Source: Pseudomonadota bacterium
GTDB lineage: Bacteria; Myxococcota; JACRCW01; JAFGSX01
Length of the DNA: 29,278 bases
Assembly: GCA_043821645.1 (NCBI GenBank)
Contig: JBDRCO010000009.1
Coordinates: forward strand, 1 to 29,278
Direction of reading: 5' to 3'
Numbering within the stretch: position 1 is the stretch's first letter; each line of letters begins with the position of its first letter. Below, piece after piece: positions 16,307 to 23,545 of this stretch. Under the pieces are notes generated by a model. The model searched no databases, had not been told where the DNA came from, and saw only the letters and a program-made list of their open reading frames with translations. The translations under genes and the position numbers were made by a program.

Positions 16307-18421
16307 CTATGCGCTCGACGCCGCGCCCGGGGCGTTCGCATCGAGCTCCCGGTCGCAACGCAGGCAGCGCGATGCCTCGCACCGGGCGACCTCCTCGGTC
16401 ACGACCTGTTCGACCTCGATCACCGAGGTCCGGCGCTCGACTGCGGAGAGGTGTGGCACGCTGAGGCGCGCTGCGCAGACTGTGTCTTTTCGGATGGGCT
16501 GCGCAGGCGAGGGCCCCAGGTCCCTTCCGGCGCGGGCGCCGTCTCCGGGCTGGGCCAGCGCCTCGCCGACGAGGAAACGCTCGATCGTATGAGCGGCCCG
16601 CTTGCCGGCGGCGATGGCCTCGATCACGGTGCTGGGGCCGGAGACCGCGTCGCCTCCGGCGAAGACCCCTGGGCGGCGAGTGGCGTGGGTCCGCAGATCG
16701 GCCTCGATGGCTCCCCAGTCGTTGGCCAGGGTCTCCCGCGCGTCGGCGCCCGGTGCGCGCAGGCTGTCCAGGTCAGGCTTCTCGCTCACCGCCACGATCA
16801 AGGTGTCGAGCGGCACCAGGTGCTCGGTGCCCGCCATGGGCACGGGGCGGCGGCGACCACTGCGGTCGGGCGGGCCGAGTTCGTTCTTCAAGCAGGTGAC
16901 GCCGACCAGAGCACCGGCGGCCGTCTCGACCTTGACCGGGGTCAACAGGCAGCGCAGCTCGGCGCCCTCGTCGACCGCAGCATCGATCTCCTCGGCAAAG
17001 GCCGGCATCTCCTCGCGGGTGCGGCGGTACAGAATGGTCACCTGCGACACCTCGGGCTGTCTGAGTGCGATGCGCGCCGCGTCGATGGCCGAGTTGCCGC
17101 CGCCTATGATGCCGACCCGGCCCTTCGCCAGGCTGGTCCCCTTCAGGTTGAACTCGCTGAGGAAGCGCAGCGAGGGGATCACCCCCGACGCGTCCTCGCC
17201 CTTGATGTTCAGCGGCAGACTGCGGTTGGACCCGAAAGCGAGGAACACGGCGGCATGGCCGTCCTCGAGCAGTCCGTCGACGGTGATGTCGCTGCCCAGC
17301 CGCACACCCGTCTTCACGGTGATGCGCGGGTCCAGCAGCGCGGCAATCTCGCGGTCGAGCACGTCGCGGGGGAGGCGGTACGACGGGATCGCGTGCCGCA
17401 GCATGCCCCCGAGCTGCTCGTTCTGCTCGAACACGGACACCCGGAAGCCGCGCAGGGCGAGCAGGTGCGCCGCGCTCAGCCCGGCCGGCCCCCCACCGAC
17501 GATCGCCACCCGCTGCTCCTTGTCGTCCGCGGCGCGCTCGGGCTGGTACACGCCGGGATCGATGGTGTCGGTGACAAAGCGCTTGAGGGCGCGGATGGCG
17601 ACCGGCGAGCCCTCCACCGTACCCAGCCGGCAGCTGCGCTCGCAGCGGTGATCGCATACCCGGGCGCACACCGACGGGAAGGGGTTGGGATCGCGAATGG
17701 CGAGGTAGGCCTGCTCGTACTCGCCGCGCTCGATGTGTGCGACGTAGCGCCAGGCCTCGGTGCCTATGGGGCAGGCCAGCTGACAGGGCGCGGTCAGCGG
17801 ATCCAGCCCCGGTGGCCCCACCAGCTTGTCGGTGATGAGCGCGTCGACCACGGCGCTCGCCTGGTCGCTGGCAAAGAACTTTTCGATCGCCTCGACCTGG
17901 CGCCTGGGTGGCTGCAGCTTCTCGCGCTGTACCAGCTTGATGTAGGGGACCAGCTGGTTCAGTCGCTCCACCCCTTTCTCGACGGCCGAGGGCTCGTCCG
18001 CTGTGCCGTGGCGCCACGGCCCGAGCGCTTTCACCTGCTTTGCAAACTCGGTCATGATCTCGGCGTAGCGAGTTCCCTCGGAGGCGCCGACCCACTCGAT
18101 GCGCAGCCGCTCGGGCGCGACGCCAACGCGGTCGAGCAGCATCTTGCCCAGGTGCACGTTGCACAGGGCATCGAAGTTGCCCTCGGTGACGTAGTGGCAT
18201 TCGCCGGGCCAGCAGCCGGCCACGATCACGCCGTCAGCCCCGTGGGCAAAGGCGCGCAGCACGAAGGACAGGTCCACCCGTCCCGTGCACATCACGCGTA
18301 TGATCCGTATCTCGGTCGCGTACTGTTGTCTGGAGACCCCAGACAGGTCTGCTGCCGAGTACGCTCACCAGTGGCACAAGAAGGCCACGATGCGCGGTGA
18401 GAACTCGAGTTCCGTCGTCAT
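16307..18421 (-). CDS. bamF: Selenocysteine-containing BamF/MvhD-like Fe-S domain fused to a GltD/NfnB-like FAD/NAD(P) oxidoreductase (704 aa)
   Basis: GAGAGGAAACC then ATG 18421: MTTELEFSPRIVAFLCHW-U(TGA 18365-18367)-AYSAADLSGVSRQQYATEIRIIRVMCTGRVD...GCWPGECHY. Then PCQLACP, NPFPSVCARVCDHRCERSC, VGGGPAG, IGGGNSAID, YRRTREEMPA, FAGGD and C-terminal EASRCLRC. Confidence 0.9.
18318..18367 (-). promoter_or_regulatory. Putative bacterial SECIS hairpin immediately 3' of the Sec UGA
   Basis: mRNA reads UGA GCGUACU CGGCAGCAGACC UGUCUGG GGUCU CCAGACA AC AGUACGC. Lower stem GCGUACU/AGUACGC and upper stem UGUCUGG/CCAGACA with a G-starting loop (alternative pairing AGACC/GGUCU). Confidence 0.75.
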
Positions 18422-18456
18422 GGTTTCCTCTCACTTCCCTCGAACGTCAACGTGGA

Positions 18457-18571
18457 TGGTGTTGATTCATCTTGTTGTGGGGGGCCCAGGCGACACTTTT
18501 TTCCGAGCCTGCGAGGACAAAAAGAGTCGCCGGTGAAGGCGGGGCCCCACAACCTGTTCGAATCAACACCA
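18457..18571. repeat. Long nested inverted repeat in the bamE-bamF spacer
   Basis: 18457-18468 tggtgttgattc / 18560-18571 gaatcaacacca (12/12); 18474-18482 gttgtgggg / 18545-18553 ccccacaac (9/9); 18489-18501 ggcgacacttttt / 18519-18531 aaaaagagtcgcc (12/13). Confidence 0.85.
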
Positions 18572-18598
18572 CGTCGTGCACGTGTGGGCCTGCTCTTC

Positions 18599-21500
18599 CT
18601 ACGCCCGCATCAGCGCGGCGTCGATCTGGGCGTTGAGCTCATCGTCGGTGAAGTGCTTGAGCTGGATCGCATGGGTCGCGCACTTGGCGTTGCACAGGCC
18701 ATCGCCCTTGCACAGCACCGGGTTCACCTTGGCCTTCTTTCCCCTCGGCGTGTCCACCAGAGTGATCGCCGCGTAGGTGCAGGCCGTGATGCAGGCACCG
18801 CAGGACACGCAGGCGTCCTCGTCGACCAGGCACACCGAGCCCGAGGCCTTGACCGTGTCCTGGGACAGCAGGGTGGCAGCCCGACCGGCCGCGCCGTAGG
18901 CCTGGCCCAGGGTCTCGGTGAGGTGCTTGGGGTAGTGCGCGCTGCCGCACAGAAAGACCCCGTCGGCGGCGAAGTCCACCGGCCGCAGCTTGACGTGGGC
19001 CTCCTGGTAAAAACCATCGGGATTGGTGGCCACCTTGAACAGCTTGACCACCTCGGCGCTGCTGGCCGCCGGCACCACGGCTGCGGACAGCACCAGCAGG
19101 TCTGCGTCGAGCTCCAGTCGTTTTTGCAGCACCGGGTCGGGCACGCGAACCTTGAGCACCGATCGCCCGTCCTCGCCTGTGCCGGGCTCGACCTCGGGTC
19201 CGTCGTCGGGCACGAAGCGCACGAAGCGCACGTGCTGCTCGGCGGCTGCTCGGTAGTGGTCCTCCTGAAAGCCGTAGGTGCGCATGTCCCTGAACAGGAT
19301 GTCGATGCTCAGCTCGGGCCTGAGCGCCTTGAGCGCCAGGGCGTTCTTCACTGCCTGGCCACAGCACACGCGGGCGCAGTAGTTGTGGTCGGCGTTGCGG
19401 CAGCCCACGCACTGGATCATCACCAGGCTCTGGGCCTGCTGCAGCTCCGGCGCCCCGTCGGCCAGGCGCTGCTCCAGCTCGAGCTGGGTCAGCACCCGGG
19501 GATCCTCGCCGTACAGGTACTCGTGGGGTCTGTACTCGTCGGCGCCCGTGGCCAGGATGGCCGCGCCGTGCTCGATCACCTGCTCGCCGCTCTCGTGCAG
19601 GACCGTGGATACCCAGTTGCCGATGTAGCCGGTGACCTGGCGCAGCGTGGCCTGGTGGTACACGCGGATCAACTTGTGCTGGTAGACCTTGCGGATCAGG
19701 CCCTGCAGGTAGGCCTGCACGTCGAGACCCTCGAGAGTGCGGTGCAGCCGTCGCGCCATGCCACCCAGGTCTTTTTCCTTCTCGACCAGGTGCACCTCGA
19801 AGCCCTGCTCGGCCAGACCCAGCGCCGCGGTCATCCCTGCCACGCCGCCGCCCACCACCAGGGTGGCCTTGTTCACCGGCAGGTCGAACTCCTGCAGGGC
19901 CTCGAGGCCGCTGGCGCGGGCCACGGACATGCGCACGATGTCCATGGCCTTCTGCGTGGCCTCCTCCTTTTGCTTGGAGTGCACCCACGAGCAGTGCTCG
20001 CGGATGTTGGCCATGTCGAAGAAATACTGGTTGATGCCGCCCTCGCGCAGGGTGTCGCGAAACAGCGGCTCGTGGGTCTTGGGCGTGCAGGCGGCCACGC
20101 ACACGCGATTGAGCTTCTTCTCGCGAATGGTCTTCGAGATCTGCTCGGCGGCGTCGGTGGAGCAGATGAACAGCCCCTCCTCGGCGTGCACCACGTGGTC
20201 GAGGCCCTTGGCGTACTCGACCACCGAGGGCACGTTGACCACGCGGCCGATGTTGGCGCCGCAGTGACAGGCGAACACCCCGACCCGCGGTTCCTCCTCG
20301 CTGACGTCGCGCTCGGGCGGGTAGATGCGCTCCTTGGCCAGCTTGCCGCGGCGGTAGCCAAGCAGCTCGCCGACCAGCGCATGGGTGCCGCTGGCGGTCA
20401 TCACCGACTCGGGGATGTCCATGGGGCCGCAAAAGGCGCCGCTCACGAACACGCCCGGACGCGAGGTGGCGATGGGGTTGGTGGGCGGGGTCTGGCAAAA
20501 GCCATGGGCGTCGAGCGCGATGCCGAAGCGGTCGGCGATGGCACGCGCGTCGCGCGGCGGAATCAGGCCCACGCCCAGCACCACCAGGTCGAAGGTGTCT
20601 TCCTTCACGCCGACGTCGTCGGTGGCGTAGCGAATGGTGACGTTGTGGGTGTCGGGGTCCTCGCCGCTGACCGCGACGTAGCTGCGCACGAAGGTCACCC
20701 CGCTGAGCTTCTCGGCGCGCTGGTAGAAGCGCTCGAAGTCCTTGCCGTAGGAGCGGATGTCGTTGTGGAAGATCGTCGCCTCGGCGTCGGCGTCGTGGTC
20801 CTTGGTCAGGATCACCTGCTTCTGGATGTAAGAGCAGCACACCGACGAGCAGTAGCTGTTCGCGCCCTCGAGGATCTGGCGCGAGCCCACGCAGTGTATC
20901 CAGGCGATCTTGTGCGGGTGCTTCTTGTCCGAGGGCCTGAGGATCTCGCCCTCGTGAGGCCCCGTGGCGCACAGCAGGCGCTCGAAGTCGAGGCTGGTGA
21001 CGACGTTGGGATAGGTCCCGTAGCCGTAGTCACCGCGCGCCGCCGGATCGAAGGTCGAGATGCCCGGCGACAGCACGATGGCGCCGACCTTGAGGGTTCG
21101 TTTCTCGGGCTTCTGGTGCAGGTCGATCGCGTTGTTCTTGCAGGCGCCGACGCAGATCGAGCACTTCTCGTCCTGCAGGTACAGGCACTTGTCGTCGATG
21201 TAGGGCACCAGGGGCACGGCCTGCGAGAAGTAGATGTGCACGGCCTTGTTGTCGCCCAGGTTCTGGTTGAAGGGATCCGGGATCTTGACCGGGCAGTACT
21301 CGACGCAGACCGTGCAGCCCGTGCACAGGTCCTCGTTGACGTAGCGGGGCTTCTTGGTCAGCGAGACCTCGAAGTCGCCGGCCTGGCCCGCGACGCTGTC
21401 GACCTCGGTGTAGGTCAGGATCTCGATGTTGGGGTGGCGGTCGCACTCGATGAACTTGGGTGACTCGATGCACATCGAGCAGTCGTTGGTGGGGAAGGTC

Positions 21501-21655
21501 TTGTCGAGCTGCGCCATCTTGCCGCCGATGGTGGGCGCCTTCTCGACCAAGAAGACCTTGAAGCCGGCGGTGGCGAGATCCAGCGCGGCCTGGATGCCGC
21601 TGATGCCGCCGCCGACCACCAGCACGTCGCCGAAGTTCTGCTGGGCCTCGCTCAT
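18599..21655 (-). CDS. bamE: HdrA-like flavo-iron-sulfur subunit of class II benzoyl-CoA reductase (1018 aa)
   Basis: ATG 21655 overlaps the bamD stop. VVGGGISG, AQLDKTFPTNDCSMC, HCVGSR...YCSSVCC, CHCGANI, ACTP, NIREHCSWVH, second FAD motif VGGGVAG, EAHVKLRPVDF, ferredoxin CVSCGAC/CKGDGLC; lies after bamBCD. Confidence 0.93.
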   Translation of the reverse strand: MSEAQQNFGDVLVVGGGISGIQAALDLATAGFKVFLVEKAPTIGGKMAQLDKTFPTNDCSMCIESPKFIECDRHPNIEILTYTEVDSVAGQAGDFEVSLTKKPRYVNEDLCTGCTVCVEYCPVKIPDPFNQNLGDNKAVHIYFSQAVPLVPYIDDKCLYLQDEKCSICVGACKNNAIDLHQKPEKRTLKVGAIVLSPGISTFDPAARGDYGYGTYPNVVTSLDFERLLCATGPHEGEILRPSDKKHPHKIAWIHCVGSRQILEGANSYCSSVCCSYIQKQVILTKDHDADAEATIFHNDIRSYGKDFERFYQRAEKLSGVTFVRSYVAVSGEDPDTHNVTIRYATDDVGVKEDTFDLVVLGVGLIPPRDARAIADRFGIALDAHGFCQTPPTNPIATSRPGVFVSGAFCGPMDIPESVMTASGTHALVGELLGYRRGKLAKERIYPPERDVSEEEPRVGVFACHCGANIGRVVNVPSVVEYAKGLDHVVHAEEGLFICSTDAAEQISKTIREKKLNRVCVAACTPKTHEPLFRDTLREGGINQYFFDMANIREHCSWVHSKQKEEATQKAMDIVRMSVARASGLEALQEFDLPVNKATLVVGGGVAGMTAALGLAEQGFEVHLVEKEKDLGGMARRLHRTLEGLDVQAYLQGLIRKVYQHKLIRVYHQATLRQVTGYIGNWVSTVLHESGEQVIEHGAAILATGADEYRPHEYLYGEDPRVLTQLELEQRLADGAPELQQAQSLVMIQCVGCRNADHNYCARVCCGQAVKNALALKALRPELSIDILFRDMRTYGFQEDHYRAAAEQHVRFVRFVPDDGPEVEPGTGEDGRSVLKVRVPDPVLQKRLELDADLLVLSAAVVPAASSAEVVKLFKVATNPDGFYQEAHVKLRPVDFAADGVFLCGSAHYPKHLTETLGQAYGAAGRAATLLSQDTVKASGSVCLVDEDACVSCGACITACTYAAITLVDTPRGKKAKVNPVLCKGDGLCNAKCATHAIQLKHFTDDELNAQIDAALMRA

Positions 21656-22824
21656 GGGCGGACCTCCAGCGCGGCCTGCAGCACTTCGGTGATGTCCTGG
21701 ATCTGCAGCGGGTCGTCCTCGGCGAGAGACAGCCGGGCCTCCTCGAACATGCTGATGCAGTAGGGGCAGCTGGTGACCAGCACCTCGGCACCGACCTGCT
21801 TGGCCTGGGCGATGCGCAGGTTCGAGAAGCGCTCCTGTTTGGGAGTCTCCATCCAGATGCGCCCGCCACCGCCGCCGCAGCACAGGCTGTTCTCGTGGTG
21901 GTCGCGCATCTCCCGGCGCTGCAGCCCCGGCACCGCGTCGAGCACCGCGCGCGGCGCATCGAACACCTTGTTGTGCCGGCCCAGGTAGCAAGGGTCGTGG
22001 TAGGTGACGGTGCGCGGGAACTCCCCGGCGAGCTTGAGCCGGCCGCTGGCCAGCAGCTCGGCCAGCAGCTCGGTCATGTGCACGACCTCGAAGTGCACCA
22101 TGAACTCGGGGTACTCGTTCTTGAAGGTGTGCAGGCAGTGCGGCGACGAGACCAGGATCTTCTTCACCCCGCGGTCGATGAAGGTCTTGATGTTGTCCTT
22201 GGCCAGGTTCCTGAACACCGCCTCGTTGCCTGTCTTGCGGATGCTCTCGCCGCAGCAGTTCTCCTGGTTGCCGAGGATGCCGAAGGACACCCCGGCCTTG
22301 TGCAGCAGCTCGACGGTGGCCCGGGCCACTTTGCGCATGCGCGGGTCGTAGCTGTAATAGCAGCCGACGAAGTACAGCAGCTCCATGTCGTCGGTAAAGG
22401 GCTTGACGTCCAGACCCGCGGCCCAGGCGTCGCGCTGCTCGCGCTCCTCGTTCAACGGGTTGCCCTGGGTGCCCAGGCTGGCGGCGGCGCTGCGCACCCC
22501 GCGGGCGCTGCCCGGGAACACGTCGTACTCGGCGGCGACCCGGCGGATGGCGACCCCGACCTCGATCTGCTCGACGCCACGCGGGCATTGCGCCGGGCAG
22601 GTACCGCAGGTGGTGCAGCGCCAGACATCCTCGAGTTCGATCTCGGCCAGGCCGTAGCTGGCCTCGCGCACGATGCGGCGGATGCTGAAGTCGCGCACGC
22701 GGTTCCAGGGGCAGACCACGTCGCACTTGCCACACTGGTAGCAGTACTTGAAAGCCTCGCCGCCGGCCTTGCGGATCTCCTGGGTGATCTCAGCGAGAGG
22801 GGCAACAGTCTCCAAGTTCTTCAC
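21652..22824 (-). CDS. bamD: HdrD/GlpC-like Fe-S (CCG domain) subunit
   Basis: CYQCGKCDVVCP and CTTCGTCPAQCP ferredoxin motifs; YFVGC, NCCGE, SPHC, YHDPCYLGR, CCGGGGG, SCPYC. AAGGGAG then GTG 22824. Confidence 0.92.
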   Translation of the reverse strand: MKNLETVAPLAEITQEIRKAGGEAFKYCYQCGKCDVVCPWNRVRDFSIRRIVREASYGLAEIELEDVWRCTTCGTCPAQCPRGVEQIEVGVAIRRVAAEYDVFPGSARGVRSAAASLGTQGNPLNEEREQRDAWAAGLDVKPFTDDMELLYFVGCYYSYDPRMRKVARATVELLHKAGVSFGILGNQENCCGESIRKTGNEAVFRNLAKDNIKTFIDRGVKKILVSSPHCLHTFKNEYPEFMVHFEVVHMTELLAELLASGRLKLAGEFPRTVTYHDPCYLGRHNKVFDAPRAVLDAVPGLQRREMRDHHENSLCCGGGGGRIWMETPKQERFSNLRIAQAKQVGAEVLVTSCPYCISMFEEARLSLAEDDPLQIQDITEVLQAALEVRP

Positions 22825-23002
22825 CAGCTCCCTTGCGGTTCGAATCAACCAGGCGCAGGCGATTGCAGGCTGCACCCGTTGCACGTGGCTCGGGGTCCTG
22901 TCACCTCACCTCCCCCACCGTGCTCGTCCCTGCGCGCGGCGGGGGGCCCCCTGCTCGGCGCCACCCCTCGCGTCCGGGGCAGCACCGACGAGCATTCCCA
23001 CG

Positions 23003-23545
23003 CTACTTCTTGTTCATGCGCTTCATGGCGTCGCGCACGGTGTCCCAGCCATGCTTGTTGGCCAGGGCTTCGAGGCCCACGTCGACGTCCTCGGGGGCCT
23101 CGTCGTGCACGACCTCCTCCTCGCGCTCCTCGTAGATCAGGGCTTCGGCCAGGCACCACTGCACGCACATGGGTGTGTCCAGGGAGGGATCGCTCTCGCA
23201 CATGTCGCACTTGAGGGGCAGGTCCGAGTCGGGCTCCTTGAACAGGTCCCGCGACGGACACGAGGCCCGGCAGAACGCGCACTCGCCGTACTTCTTGCCG
23301 TCGATGGTGTACTGGTCGCGCCCCGCGCACTCGGCCGCCGTGTACTCGCCGGCGTAGACCGGGATGTAGATGTCGGCCAGGGGGTCGCGCACCACCCGGA
23401 TGCGCGAGCGCGCCGGGTTGTTGCAGCTGTAGGCCGGCGACGCGTGCATGGACGAGCAGATCACCTCGCAGGCCTGGCAACCGTTGCACTTGTCGACGTC
23501 GATCTTGATGGTCTTGATCGTCTTCTTGGTCTTTTGGGACTTCAC
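23003..23545 (-). CDS. bamC: Class II benzoyl-CoA reductase 4Fe-4S subunit
   Basis: IKIDVDKCNGCQACEVICS, NPARSRIRV, AGEYTAAECAGRD, ECAFCRASCPSRDLFKEPDSDLPLKCDMC, CVQWC, matching recalled BamC. GTG start overlaps the bamB stop (GTGA). Confidence 0.93.
   Translation of the reverse strand: MKSQKTKKTIKTIKIDVDKCNGCQACEVICSSMHASPAYSCNNPARSRIRVVRDPLADIYIPVYAGEYTAAECAGRDQYTIDGKKYGECAFCRASCPSRDLFKEPDSDLPLKCDMCESDPSLDTPMCVQWCLAEALIYEEREEEVVHDEAPEDVDVGLEALANKHGWDTVRDAMKRMNKK

Noticed and set aside
18365-18367. TGA read as a nonsense mutation making bamF a pseudogene
   Set aside because: It falls exactly on a conserved Cys position known to be Sec in this family and is followed by a SECIS-like hairpin.
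18452-21463. 1003-aa plus-strand ORF and other long antisense ORFs (e.g. 16451-18400, 23620-25830, 27367-29223, 11085-12737)
   Set aside because: Shadow frames opposite well-supported minus-strand genes in high-GC DNA; no recognisable motifs.
21656-22735. Apparent 360-aa N-terminal extension of the HdrA-like ORF (1378 aa in the track)
   Set aside because: It overlaps bamD in another frame and is Arg/Pro-rich nonsense; the true start is ATG 21655, coupled to the bamD stop.
18599-22824. Methanogen-type heterodisulfide reductase or hydrogenase interpretation
   Set aside because: No HdrB, Mvh hydrogenase or methanogenesis genes; the order after bamBC identifies these genes as BamD/E.
22845-22904. 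Possible 19-aa CxxC peptide (MTGPRATCNGCSLQSPAPG) in the bamC-bamD spacer
   Set aside because: Very short, GTG start with poor ribosome-site spacing, and no supporting evidence.
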